Assembly (NCBI GenBank): GCA_050251945.1
Contig: JBFWLW010000001.1
Span: 288,001-352,000 of the forward strand
Reading direction: 5' to 3'
Source: Deferribacterales bacterium
GTDB lineage: Bacteria; Chrysiogenota; Deferribacteres; Deferribacterales; Geovibrionaceae
DNA length: 64,000 bases
In this document: positions 41,601 through 50,436 of the stretch, piece after piece
Layout: every line of letters starts with the position of its first letter
Numbering within the stretch: the stretch's first letter is position 1
Program-made: the position numbers and the translations under genes
The notes under the pieces: model-generated
The model's input: the letters and a program-made list of their open reading frames with translations, nothing else
What the model was told of the DNA's origin: nothing
Databases searched by the model: none

Positions 41601-41854
41601 GCGTCCGGGCGCTCCTTCGCGATAACTTTTTCAGCCATCTCAACGTTAAGGGGTTCGATGTATGTAGCATCGGCTATTTCGGGGTCTGTCATGATGGTAG
41701 CAGGGTTGGAATTGATTAGGATAACCCTGTAACCCTCTTCTTTCAGTGCTTTAACAGCCTGAGTTCCCGAATAGTCAAATTCGCACGCCTGTCCGATGAC
41801 GATAGGTCCGGAACCTATTATCATGATAGACTTAATGTCTGTTCTCTTAGCCAA
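38636..41854 (-). CDS. carB: carbamoyl-phosphate synthase large subunit
   Basis: [17 protein letters not shown], duplicated ATP-grasp halves, C-terminal MGS domain. Confidence 0.97.
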   Translation of the reverse strand: MAKRTDIKSIMIIGSGPIVIGQACEFDYSGTQAVKALKEEGYRVILINSNPATIMTDPEIADATYIEPLNVEMAEKVIAKERPDAILPTVGGQTALNLAKDLHSAGVLEKYNVELIGAKIDAIDKAEDRELFKQAMKKIGLTLPESYVVNTYQDALDCIDKIGFPAIIRPSFTLGGTGGNVAYNMEEYKEYVEWGLEASPVTEILVEESVLGWKEYELEVMRDLNDNVVIICSIENIDAMGVHTGDSITVAPAQTLTDKEYQIMRNAAIAVIREIGVDTGGSNVQFAVDPKTGKQIIIEMNPRVSRSSALASKATGFPIAKIAAKLAVGYTLDELKNDITLKTPASFEPTIDYCVTKYPRFTFEKFPGADNTLTTQMKSVGEAMAIGRTFKESIQKAISSLEIGKSGFDEVFSDEERKTEAALEQIKALLRRPTAERLWYVGEAFRAGFSVEEVHELCFIDPWFLDNIKQIIDFESELKKISISSIDDAMFLKAKQLGFSDKRLAKLMNCTELDVWEKTRGKAVYKRVDTCGAEFESFTPYLYSTYEKECEAEPTDRKKIMILGGGPNRIGQGIEFDYCCVHASFALEEMGFETIMVNCNPETVSTDYDTSDRLYFEPLTREHVLNIVDKEKPFGVIVQFGGQTPLKLAVPLEKAGVPILGTSPDSIDIAEDRERFKDLITRLNIKQPPNGIAKNAEDAFRIAEEIGYPVVVRPSYVLGGRAMEIVYDTESLQNYMVYAVKASEEHPVLIDKYLQHATEVDVDSISDGEITVIGSIMQHIEEAGVHSGDSACSIPSRTISDSARAQLLEHTRNIAKELKVIGLMNIQYAIKDEEIYMLEVNPRASRTIPYVSKTIGIPLAKMAAKVMAGAKLKDLGFTKEVDINYFTVKESVFPFVKFPGTDLVLGPEMKSTGEVMGIDSHFGSAFYKAQIAAGNKLPKSGNVFISVKDSVKSEILGVARELVKTGFRLVSTSGTYNFLRENGLEVEKLAKVHEGIRPNVVDKIKNGEIAFVINIPEGKKSRLDSESIRRTMLSYSVPYVTTVEAAKACMVAIAAGQKGLTVTPIQEYYKRG

Positions 41855-41947
41855 AATATCCTCCGATGAACCGCTATGGGCAAAACTTCAATTTTCTATC
41901 AGATTTCGACCGTTTTTACAAGGTTATTGTGCGCGCGTGGCATTAAT

Positions 41948-42229
41948 TTATGCATTGCTCTCCTGAGGATTGTTTTTTACCTTTTTAACTTTCACAGGTT
42001 CTTCGTCCGTAAAGGGGGTTACGAGATACAGTTCTTCGACCTTAGCCCTTGCCCATGGCGTCTGGCGCAGAAATTTAAGGCACGACGGCACCGATTGATT
42101 TTTGATAAAGCATTTGATGGTGATAAGCTCGCCGAGTTTTTCCCAGCCGTAGTGCTTTGCAAGTCTGTTGACTATCATTTCCAGCGTGATTCCATGAAAC
42201 GGGTCTTTGTTTTTCAAGTTTTCAGTCAT
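41948..42229 (-). CDS. VF530/DUF2132 family small protein
   Basis: HGITLE...L...YGW..L....I.CF......S.LKFLR.TPWARAKVE.LY. Confidence 0.85.
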   Translation of the reverse strand: MTENLKNKDPFHGITLEMIVNRLAKHYGWEKLGELITIKCFIKNQSVPSCLKFLRQTPWARAKVEELYLVTPFTDEEPVKVKKVKNNPQESNA

Positions 42230-42249
42230 ATTAATCCTTTATGTTATTC

Positions 42250-42279
42250 AAAAAAAAGCCCTGAATTAACAGGGCTTTT
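42250..42279. terminator. bidirectional rho-independent terminator
   Basis: A8-GCCCTG-AATTAA-CAGGGC-T4. Confidence 0.8.
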
Positions 42280-42282
42280 AAG

Positions 42283-42819
42283 TTAAGCGTATTTTTCAAG
42301 AAGAAACATACACGACATTTTTAAGGGATCCGTCAGTGCATGATGTTTTCCGGTCGTATCCTCTTTGACCATAACAGATATCTGATGCATGGAAATTCCT
42401 GTCAGTTCAGAGAGAGTTGAAAGCCCTACGTTAGCTTTTTTAAGCTCGTCCAGAAGCTCTTTCAACGGTGTAGTTTTCACAAAAAACTGTATTTCATTTG
42501 TGGATTGAAGCTTTTTTCTGTCTAATTTTGTTTTGCTGGCAAAGACCCAAGGAGTATAGATGTAGGTCAGACCCAAAGCGGCGGCGTGTTTACAGAAAAG
42601 CTCTTTCGAGTTTTCGCAACAGCATTTATAGCCGATGGGATCGCTCCCGACATCAAGGGTCACCTCATAATCCCCATGATTCCCTTTGATCGTGCCTTTG
42701 ATAACGGAACCGTCAACTGAACAGTTATGGAATTTCCCGACATAATTCTCCGCTCTCTGCAAATTAATGCCGGAGCAGATGTTTTTGAGCTGTTCTTCCG
42801 TCAGTTTGATTAGCTGCAT
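42283..42819 (-). CDS. SWIM zinc-finger domain protein
   Basis: CCC......FCKHAAALGL; GAGGAGG RBS before ATG 42819. Confidence 0.8.
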   Translation of the reverse strand: MQLIKLTEEQLKNICSGINLQRAENYVGKFHNCSVDGSVIKGTIKGNHGDYEVTLDVGSDPIGYKCCCENSKELFCKHAAALGLTYIYTPWVFASKTKLDRKKLQSTNEIQFFVKTTPLKELLDELKKANVGLSTLSELTGISMHQISVMVKEDTTGKHHALTDPLKMSCMFLLEKYA

Positions 42820-42897
42820 CGGGGTTGCCTCCTCTAAAGTTGATGTATATATCAATTAAACCTCACAATAACATATAAAGCAAATATAATTGCACCT

Positions 42898-45171
42898 TCA
42901 GGCAATATCTATGTATTCCAGTTCCTTTTTCCATTTTTTAGCCAATACCTGTTTTATGACAGCATTTTTAGACATTGAAAGCGACGGATCGTCTGCCAGC
43001 ACCTCTGCGGCATCCTGACGTGCCTGCTGAAGCACCTTCACATCACGCACGATATTTGAAAACTGAAATTCAGGAATTCCCGACTGGCGCGTTCCGAAGA
43101 AATCACCGGGACCGCGCATCTCAAGGTCAATCTCGCTGAGACGGAAACCGTCGGCGTGCCTGCACATGGCGTTTATGCGTTCTCTGCCCTCTTCCGAAAC
43201 CTCTTTTCCCGTGATAAGCATACAATACGACTGCCTGTGGCTTCTGCCCACACGCCCGCGAAGCTGGTGGAGCTGTGAAAGCCCGAACCGTTCTGCGTTC
43301 TCAACAACCATAACCGTCGCCTGCGGGATATCCACACCGACTTCAACCACTGTCGTGGAGACAAGTATCTTTATTCCGCCATCTTTGAACGCGTCCATAA
43401 GGTGCTGTTTCTGCTCATGTTTCATCCGACCGTGCAGAAGTCCGACGTTCTCTTCGCCGAAAACCCCGCAAAGATTCTCATATTCGTCCGTGGCAGCCTT
43501 AAGATCGACTTTTTCGCTGATATCTATCAGCGGGTATATCACATACGCACCGTGTCCTTTTGCTATCTCGTCTGCAATGAGCTTGTGTGCATCTTCTATT
43601 CTATTACTGTGTTTCGTTATTATAGGTGTCCGCCCCGGAGGCATCTCGTCTATTATACTGATATCAAGGTCGCCGTAAAACGAAAGCGCAAGCGTCCTTG
43701 GAATCGGTGTCGCGGTCATCAGAAGTATGTCTGGCATATATCCTTTTTCTATAAGCGATTTTCTCTGCTCAACACCGAACCTGTGCTGTTCGTCTATTAT
43801 GGCAAGCCCGAGGCGCATGAAATCCGCATTCTCCTGAATAACGGCGTGGGTTCCCACAACGAAATCCATGTGTCCGGCGGCTATCATCTCTTTGGTGCGC
43901 TTCTTTTCAGATGCGGTCATTGAGCCTGTCAGAAGCGCTGCGGTCACATCTGTGCCCTGAATAAGCTTAATAAGGATGGTCATATGCTGACGCGCCAAAA
44001 CCTCTGTAGGGGCTATTACTGCCACCTGCCAGCCGTTTTTAACGGCGACAAAACCCGCAGTGAACGCAACTATAGTCTTTCCGCTGCCCACGTCACCCTG
44101 AACAAGCCTGTTCATCTGCCCTGTCGCTGACATGTCGTTGAAAATCTCCGCCATGACTTTTTTCTGCGCATGGGTGAACTTGAACGGCAGAAGATTTTTT
44201 ATCCACTCAAGATATTCCATCTTTATGTCAAAGCGTATGCCTTCCTGACGCGTATACGCCTTTTTTTTATAGAGAAGTCCCATTTGCAGGTAAAAGAGTT
44301 CCTCATAGATAAACCGCTGATACGCCGGATGACTTCTGTCGGACAGAGCCGGAAGCTCGTACGGAGAATCGGGACAGTGTATCTGTTTCAGCGCCTCTTT
44401 TGCTGACGGGTATTTATATTTCATTTCGTATCTGGCGGGCAGATAGTCCGGAACAAGTCCCAGATATCTTTCCAGAGCCGACTTTACGGCGGAACAATAG
44501 CTTTTAAGAGCAACGGTTTTCGGCAGGGTGTAAACAGGAATTATCTCTCCCATTTCATCCTCTTTAATGAATTGCGGGTGGATAATTGATTCCATGCCGC
44601 TAAAATTGCCGGATTGACCGTAAAGAGTGTATTTATCGCCCTCTTTCAGAGCGTTTGACGGGAATTTCGCAGAAAAATGGAACCAAATGGCGCAGAACTG
44701 ACCGAAATCAGCCTGAAAAACAGCCCTGTAAAAGCGCTTTTTATTTTTAGTTATAACGATGCCGCCGGCTTTAAAAACACCTGTCAGCGCCCTTTTGCCG
44801 CCTTGGGATTCTCCTATGTATTCGTATCTGTATGGAAAATGGTAGAACATATCCTCTACGGTGCGTATGTTCTGTTTTTCCAGCGCATCCGCTGCCTTTT
44901 TGCCTATGCGCGGCACACTGCGGATATCGACAGCTTTAAATTCTTCTGTGGTGTTGGCGGACTGTGCCAGAAGGGTTATCTCCGCAAGGATATTCTCAAG
45001 CTCCCTGCGCTCGTAGGAATCTTTAAAAACAAAACCCGCAGAGTCAAAACCGCTGCGGGTGGTTATATCTTTCAACGCATCCAGATACTTACGCGGATTT
45101 TTAAAGTAATCCGCAGTGTTGTCTTTAATATCTGCAAGCAGTCTTAAAAGCCGTCCTCTGTCGTTTGCCAT
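42898..45171 (-). CDS. recG: ATP-dependent DNA helicase RecG
   Basis: QGDVGSGKT, DEQHRFGV, MTATPIPRT, QLRGRVGR, RGPG. Confidence 0.95.
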   Translation of the reverse strand: MANDRGRLLRLLADIKDNTADYFKNPRKYLDALKDITTRSGFDSAGFVFKDSYERRELENILAEITLLAQSANTTEEFKAVDIRSVPRIGKKAADALEKQNIRTVEDMFYHFPYRYEYIGESQGGKRALTGVFKAGGIVITKNKKRFYRAVFQADFGQFCAIWFHFSAKFPSNALKEGDKYTLYGQSGNFSGMESIIHPQFIKEDEMGEIIPVYTLPKTVALKSYCSAVKSALERYLGLVPDYLPARYEMKYKYPSAKEALKQIHCPDSPYELPALSDRSHPAYQRFIYEELFYLQMGLLYKKKAYTRQEGIRFDIKMEYLEWIKNLLPFKFTHAQKKVMAEIFNDMSATGQMNRLVQGDVGSGKTIVAFTAGFVAVKNGWQVAVIAPTEVLARQHMTILIKLIQGTDVTAALLTGSMTASEKKRTKEMIAAGHMDFVVGTHAVIQENADFMRLGLAIIDEQHRFGVEQRKSLIEKGYMPDILLMTATPIPRTLALSFYGDLDISIIDEMPPGRTPIITKHSNRIEDAHKLIADEIAKGHGAYVIYPLIDISEKVDLKAATDEYENLCGVFGEENVGLLHGRMKHEQKQHLMDAFKDGGIKILVSTTVVEVGVDIPQATVMVVENAERFGLSQLHQLRGRVGRSHRQSYCMLITGKEVSEEGRERINAMCRHADGFRLSEIDLEMRGPGDFFGTRQSGIPEFQFSNIVRDVKVLQQARQDAAEVLADDPSLSMSKNAVIKQVLAKKWKKELEYIDIA

Positions 45172-45624
45172 TTAAAACATGTTCAGAGCGGAAGATTCGT
45201 TTCCTGAGAAAACTTTATGCACATCAAGGATTATGACCATTTCGGTTTCCGTTTTCGCAACACCCTTAATGTATTTTGTGTCGGCGCCTGTGGATGCGCT
45301 TGGGGCTTTATCAACGACGTCGCTGCTGACACGAAGAACATCTTCAACGTTATCAACTATAAAGCCTATCTTGCGCCCACTGAGGTTAACAACTATGATA
45401 CGCGTGGAGTTTGTAAAATCAGACGCCATAAGCCCGAGTTTTTTTCGCAGATCCACAATAGGAATGACCCTTCCCCGGAGATTTATGATACCCTCAACAA
45501 ATGAAGGAGCCTTGGGTACGGTGGTTATGTCCACCATGCGCAGAATCTCTTCAATATCCATGATATCTATGCCGTATTTGTCTTCCGCAAGAAGCAGGCG
45601 GACATATTGTTTATATTCGGACAT
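45172..45624 (-). CDS. cheW: chemotaxis protein CheW
   Basis: GIINLRGRVIPIVDLR, GFIVDNVEDV. Confidence 0.9.
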   Translation of the reverse strand: MSEYKQYVRLLLAEDKYGIDIMDIEEILRMVDITTVPKAPSFVEGIINLRGRVIPIVDLRKKLGLMASDFTNSTRIIVVNLSGRKIGFIVDNVEDVLRVSSDVVDKAPSASTGADTKYIKGVAKTETEMVIILDVHKVFSGNESSALNMF

Positions 45625-45682
45625 GGATAACCTCGTTGTATTTTTCTGCAATCATATCAGTTTAATCGGCAGATTGCAAATA

Positions 45683-46051
45683 TTATACTAAAGCACCTGT
45701 CTTATTGATGATTTTGTTGTCAGCATCAACCTGTACAACAGTGGGCTTATAGTTTTCAAGTTCTTTTTCGTCATACATTGCGAATGTAGCGATTATAACC
45801 ATGTCGCCGACGTGCACCTTTCGCGCCGCCGCACCGTTAAGGCATATCTCGCCGCTTCCTCGTCTGCCTTCGATGGCGTATGTCTGGAACCTTTCGCCGT
45901 TGGTGATGTTCCAGATGTCCACCTTTTCATATTCCCTGATGCCCGACGCTTCCATAAGGTCGAGGTCGATGCCTATACTGCCCTCATAATGAAGATCCGC
46001 GTCTGTTACTGTTGCTCTGTGAATTTTTGATTTGAACATCTCTCTAAACAT
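45683..46051 (-). CDS. panD: aspartate 1-decarboxylase
   Basis: [14 protein letters not shown] cleavage site, NGAAAR. Confidence 0.95.
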   Translation of the reverse strand: MFREMFKSKIHRATVTDADLHYEGSIGIDLDLMEASGIREYEKVDIWNITNGERFQTYAIEGRRGSGEICLNGAAARKVHVGDMVIIATFAMYDEKELENYKPTVVQVDADNKIINKTGALV

Positions 46052-46976
46052 GATGCACCTCAAAATATCTGTTATCTATTAATCTTGCTTTTCCGACATA
46101 TACGGCAAGCGCCATAACGAAATCCTCTCCTGTGCCGTTTACGGAGACCAGTGTCTCCGGATGTACAGTTTCAATGTAATCTATCTTCGTGTGCGGATGG
46201 CTCAAGATGAAATCCGCGATTTTGTCCTTTATTGTCTTCGTATCTTTAACACCCTCTTTCAGCAGGTTTTCAACTATTTTGAAACTGCCGCTGAGAGCCA
46301 GTGCCGATGTGCGTTCGTCACCTTTAAGATAGACGTTTCTGGAACTGAGCGCCAGCCCGTCAGTTTCGCGGACGATTGGCATACCGACAACCTCAACGTC
46401 CATGTTATAGACGTTTCTGGAACTGAGCGCCAGCCCGTCAGTTTCGCGGACGATTGGCATACCGACAACCTCAACGTCCATGTTCAGGTCTTTGACCATA
46501 CGTTTTATGACCTGCAATTGCTGGTAATCCTTCGAGCCGAAGTAAGCTCTGTCGGGATTTACAATGTTGAACAGTTTTGTTACCACCGTTGCAACTCCGG
46601 CGAAATGCACAGGTCTTGTTATACCGCAAAGAACCTCTGTTATGCCGGAAAGTTCAACTTTCGTACAAAATCCTTCGCCATACATTTCGGCAGGTGCGGG
46701 ATAAAAGATGATATCCGCATTGTTCTTTTCCAGAAGCGCACAATCGCTTTCAAAATCTCTGGGATAAGCCGAGAGATCCTCAGCGGGTCCGAACTGCGTC
46801 GGATTAACAAAGATGCTGACCACCGTCACATCATTATTCTTTACGGATTCACGCACCAGAGACATATGCCCTTCATGCAGAAAACCCATTGTCGGTACAA
46901 GCCCGACAGATCGTCCCGAAGACTTAATTTTCTTTATTTCAGCTTTAATATCAGCTATTTTATTAAATATTCTCAT
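46044..46976 (-). CDS. panC: pantoate-beta-alanine ligase carrying an internal 26-aa duplication
   Basis: [34 protein letters not shown] (twice), RLIDN. Confidence 0.93.
   Translation of the reverse strand: MRIFNKIADIKAEIKKIKSSGRSVGLVPTMGFLHEGHMSLVRESVKNNDVTVVSIFVNPTQFGPAEDLSAYPRDFESDCALLEKNNADIIFYPAPAEMYGEGFCTKVELSGITEVLCGITRPVHFAGVATVVTKLFNIVNPDRAYFGSKDYQQLQVIKRMVKDLNMDVEVVGMPIVRETDGLALSSRNVYNMDVEVVGMPIVRETDGLALSSRNVYLKGDERTSALALSGSFKIVENLLKEGVKDTKTIKDKIADFILSHPHTKIDYIETVHPETLVSVNGTGEDFVMALAVYVGKARLIDNRYFEVHHV
46329..46484. repeat. perfect 2 x 78-bp tandem duplication inside panC
   Basis: 46329-46406 is identical to 46407-46484. Confidence 0.97.
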
Positions 46977-46984
46977 CCATCGCC

Positions 46985-47794
46985 TCAGAAAGAGTGTATA
47001 TCCTGCGGGAATTCAGCGGATTTTACTTCTTTAATATATGTTTTTGCAGCTTCAGATATGATTTCATTTACGTTTGCGTACTGCTTGACGAACTTCGGAG
47101 TGAACCCGTCGAAGATTCCGAATACGTCATGAAAAACCAGCACCTGTCCGTCGCAGTGTGCACCTGCACCGATTCCGATGGTGGGTATTTTAACGGTTTC
47201 CGTTATGATTTGTGCTGCCGCAGAGACGGTTCCTTCAAGGACAATAGAAAATGCACCCGCCGCCTCAAGAGCAACAGCATCGGCAAGAAGTTTCTCATGC
47301 CCTTCCCTTCCCTGTATGCGGTAGCCGCCCATTGTGCCTACAAACTGCGGCATGAGACCAATGTGACCCATCACGTTGATGCCGCATCCGGTAAGTTTTT
47401 TAACGAGTCCGGCTCTTTCCGCTCCGCCTTCAATCTTAACAGCGTCAAAACCTGTTTCTTTGATAACGCGGATGCAGTTTTCAAGAGCGTTCTCGTCTGA
47501 TACATGGTATGAACCGAAAGGCATGTCGGCTACAAGAAAAGCGTTTGTCGCGGCACGCTTAACCATTTTGCAGTGATAAATGATTTCATCAACCGTTACA
47601 GGAAGTGTGTTTTCATAACCGTTTACGACCATTCCAAGGGAATCCCCAACGAGAATAATGTCTATTCCGGCTTTGTCAAGAATGGACGCAGATGTGAAAT
47701 CGTAAGCTGTAAGGCATGATATCCTTTCGCCGTTTGACTTCATTTTTTTGATAGTGTTGACTGTAATCTTTTTGATATCAGTGTGTTTGCTCAT
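46985..47794 (-). CDS. panB: 3-methyl-2-oxobutanoate hydroxymethyltransferase
   Basis: LTAYD, LVGDSLG, DMPFGSY, KIEGG, GIGAG..CDGQVLV. Confidence 0.96.
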   Translation of the reverse strand: MSKHTDIKKITVNTIKKMKSNGERISCLTAYDFTSASILDKAGIDIILVGDSLGMVVNGYENTLPVTVDEIIYHCKMVKRAATNAFLVADMPFGSYHVSDENALENCIRVIKETGFDAVKIEGGAERAGLVKKLTGCGINVMGHIGLMPQFVGTMGGYRIQGREGHEKLLADAVALEAAGAFSIVLEGTVSAAAQIITETVKIPTIGIGAGAHCDGQVLVFHDVFGIFDGFTPKFVKQYANVNEIISEAAKTYIKEVKSAEFPQDIHSF

Positions 47795-47857
47795 ATCCAA
47801 CCTCTGATTTTTGTGATTACAGACGCAAGACATGGCAAAAATTGAACATTTTTGATT

Positions 47858-47887
47858 TGCAGTGTCTCGGTCCGAAGATCCAAGCAA
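47858..47887 (-). ncRNA. pan RNA motif hairpin in the panB 5' UTR
   Basis: Minus strand UGCUUGGAUC-UUCG-GACCGAGACA with bulged A residues, upstream of panBCD. Confidence 0.7.
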
Positions 47888-47953
47888 GAGAATAATAGGT
47901 AATTAAAGAACTTACGTCAAGATAAAAAAAAGAGGTTTTTTTCAGAATCTCTC

Positions 47954-48093
47954 CAGACCGATGACAAAATCAGTAAAATGCAGGATCGCGTCGTCGCATG
48001 CGCTCCTCGCGAAGACAAAAAACGTCTCTGCGAGGGTTTTAACCCGAAGCATTCTAATGTAAGTCTGTGTAAATTTAATTTGTAAACAACCTG
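47954..48093. mobile_element. MITE copy 2 (140 bp, 24-bp flanking direct repeat)
   Basis: Ends CAGACCGATGACAAA / TTTGTAAACAACCTG; flanked by AAGAGGTTTTTTTCAGAATCTCTC (47930-47953) and AAGAGGTTCTTTTCAGAACCTCTC (48094-48117). Confidence 0.8.
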
Positions 48094-48135
48094 AAGAGGT
48101 TCTTTTCAGAACCTCTCAGTGATATGTATTAGAAA

Positions 48136-48672
48136 TTAGAAAGTGGGAGGTGTGTCTACCCAGAGAGCAACAGCGGGCTTATCAGTTCTGTTGCGTATCT
48201 TATGAGGCATGTTTGAGCTAAAATAGATGCTGTGTCCTGTCGGCAGATGATATTCGTCAGCACCGATAACAACACATATTTCGCCTTCGATTACATAACC
48301 GAATTCCTCACCAACGTGCTGGTAATATTCGGAACCTGTCTCGCCGTACGGGTCAAGCTCGATAAGCATAGGTTCCAGTTTTCTGTTAACAAGCTTTGAG
48401 GCTATGAAAGACATGGAGATACTTTTGTTTTTGAACACCTTGTATTCGCCGGGTTCAAAGACGTTAACGATGTTGCGTTCGTCCTCAAAAAGCTCACTGA
48501 TGGTGGTTCCGAGCGCAAAACAAATCTTCTTCAGAGAAGCTATAGAGGGAGAGTTCTTTCCGTTTTCAATCTGGCTGATGAAACTTTTAGTGAAACCGGT
48601 CTTCTGAGAAATATCCTCAAGCGTCATGCCAAGTTTCTTTCTTATCTCTCTTAACTTAATACCATAAGGCAT
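48136..48672 (-). CDS. XRE-family HTH regulator with cupin domain (PuuR-like)
   Basis: LREIRKKLGMTLEDIS..TG.TKSFISQIENG; H.GEEFGYV..G; H..RN. Confidence 0.9.
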   Translation of the reverse strand: MPYGIKLREIRKKLGMTLEDISQKTGFTKSFISQIENGKNSPSIASLKKICFALGTTISELFEDERNIVNVFEPGEYKVFKNKSISMSFIASKLVNRKLEPMLIELDPYGETGSEYYQHVGEEFGYVIEGEICVVIGADEYHLPTGHSIYFSSNMPHKIRNRTDKPAVALWVDTPPTF

Positions 48673-48889
48673 AATAACACCCCTCAAAAATAATTAAGAT
48701 TATATCTCAAAAAAATGTAGGCTGTCAACATCTTTCGTTAATAATTAATCTTTTATTTTATGTGATCTACTAATAGATTAAACCATATTGTTCTATTTTA
48801 ATTAATACCTCGTCAAATATTACTTTAACAGTTGACTGAAAATGAATTGATGAATATCCTATTTTAAATATTAACGGACAGGTGATTAC

Positions 48890-49420
48890 ATGGAATCTGT
48901 ATTGCGCAGACTGAACACAGCCCCCGTTAAGGGTGAGCGGGTTTTTGTGGCAAAAAGCGCCGACATAATAGGCGAGGTCATACTGGAAGACGATTCGAGC
49001 ATATGGTTCAATGTTGTGCTCAGAGGTGACGTTGAAAAGATAGTCATAGGCAAATATTCAAACGTCCAGGATGGAACAGTCATACATACGACACTGGATA
49101 AGTTCCCCACAATACTGGGAGATTATGTCACCGTAGGACATAATGCCATGCTCCACGGATGTAAAATAAACAACAACGTTCTTGTCGGTATCGGAGCGAT
49201 AATTCTTGACGACGCTGAAATAGGTGAAAACTCGATAGTTGCCGCCGGCTCTCTGGTTCCCCCCGGCAAAAAGTTTCCGCCCTGCTCTCTCATAATGGGA
49301 AGCCCCGCCAAGGTCGTGAAAACCCTAGAACAAAAGGACATTGACGGCATAAGAAACTATGCGGACAGATATATCAGTTACAAGCAGATGTATCTTGAGA
49401 ACGGATATAAATCAGTTTAA
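48890..49420 (+). CDS. gamma carbonic anhydrase family protein (YrdA-like)
   Basis: VLRGD, SNVQDG.VIH, TVGHNAMLHGC hexapeptide repeats. Confidence 0.9.
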   Translation: MESVLRRLNTAPVKGERVFVAKSADIIGEVILEDDSSIWFNVVLRGDVEKIVIGKYSNVQDGTVIHTTLDKFPTILGDYVTVGHNAMLHGCKINNNVLVGIGAIILDDAEIGENSIVAAGSLVPPGKKFPPCSLIMGSPAKVVKTLEQKDIDGIRNYADRYISYKQMYLENGYKSV

Positions 49421-49459
49421 ATATTAGTAACATTTTTTTTAATAGGATAATTGGGCAAT

Positions 49460-49491
49460 AAAAAAAGCGGAGGCAAAAACCTCCGCTTTTT
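49460..49491. terminator. bidirectional terminator
   Basis: A7-GCGGAGG-CAAAAA-CCTCCGC-T5 between convergent genes. Confidence 0.85.
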
Positions 49492-49510
49492 GATTTATAA
49501 GATAAGTATC

Positions 49511-50353
49511 TTATTTGCCGTCAAACAGTGACCATGGGCCTCTGTGTTTTGAATAGTCGATTGCTTTCGCTTTGTCAGCGTCAACATCTTTGCGGATCTT
49601 GAACTCCTGTCCGGGGAAGATCAGGTCAGGGTCTTTGATCTGCTCTTTGTTAGCCCAGTAGATAAGCGGCCACATAAAGGGGTTAAGGTATTTTGCTTTG
49701 GAGATGTTCCAAAGGTTGTCGCCTCTAACAACTTTATATTTCATGATATCTTCAACTGTGCCTGCGGGTGCTGCTGCGGTGGATTCTTTAACAGCTGATC
49801 TCATAGAGGCAGCTTTGCCTTCCGCAATTTCTTTCTGGATAGTGTCGTTGTCAGCAGAAACTGATTTAAGAACTGCCAGCGCTTTTTCGCCTTCGCATTT
49901 GTCGATGAGACCCTGAGCCTCGTCAAGTTTTGCTTTAGCGTCTCTGTAGGTTGCGGAGTATTTTTCTCCGTCCTCAGCGTTAGCGGCAAGGTTGTTTTTG
50001 GCTGCTGAAAGCTCGGCTTTCGCCTGCTCGTTCACTTTTGCTCTCTCAGCGGCAACGAGCTTAACTTTTTCAAAGTCGGCAGCAGCTTCGATCAGCTCGG
50101 CTTTTGCCTGTTTGTAAAGCTCACTTTTATTGCCGCCTTTTTCTGCATCGGCAACTTTTGCCTCGGCAGCTTCAAGCTTTTGTTTTGCAGCTAAGTATTC
50201 AGTTCCGGCACACATTTCGGCGCCGCCCTCCTGAGCAGCTTTCATAGCGGCTCTGGCGTTATCCATCTCCTGAACGGGAGGTTTTGTGCAGCCTGAGACT
50301 AACACAGCAGCCGCGAAAACGGCTGTAAACAGCACTTTAGTTGCTCTGCTCAT
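49511..50353 (-). CDS. lipoprotein with Ala-rich helical (DUF4398-like) region and C-terminal LysM domain
   Basis: Lipobox VSGC; YKVVRGDNLWNIS...W..IY.AN...IKDPDLIFPGQ. Confidence 0.85.
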   Translation of the reverse strand: MSRATKVLFTAVFAAAVLVSGCTKPPVQEMDNARAAMKAAQEGGAEMCAGTEYLAAKQKLEAAEAKVADAEKGGNKSELYKQAKAELIEAAADFEKVKLVAAERAKVNEQAKAELSAAKNNLAANAEDGEKYSATYRDAKAKLDEAQGLIDKCEGEKALAVLKSVSADNDTIQKEIAEGKAASMRSAVKESTAAAPAGTVEDIMKYKVVRGDNLWNISKAKYLNPFMWPLIYWANKEQIKDPDLIFPGQEFKIRKDVDADKAKAIDYSKHRGPWSLFDGK

Positions 50354-50436
50354 TACATCCTCCGGATTTATTTACACATATTATATCACACATGAAATAG
50401 TTTGTCAAAAACACAAACTACTTATTTTGTAATATT

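Noticed and set aside
46329..46484. CRISPR-like repeat
   Set aside because: Two abutting copies with no spacer, inside a coding sequence; no cas genes
46161..47132. 323-aa + strand ORF and other long antisense ORFs (e.g. 14740-15717, 6665-7564)
   Set aside because: Shadow frames opposite well-conserved genes; no recognisable motifs or RBS
48690..48885. AT-rich TTAAT/ATTAA repeats as an operator for the XRE regulator
   Set aside because: Low-complexity divergent promoter region; no palindrome clearly above background
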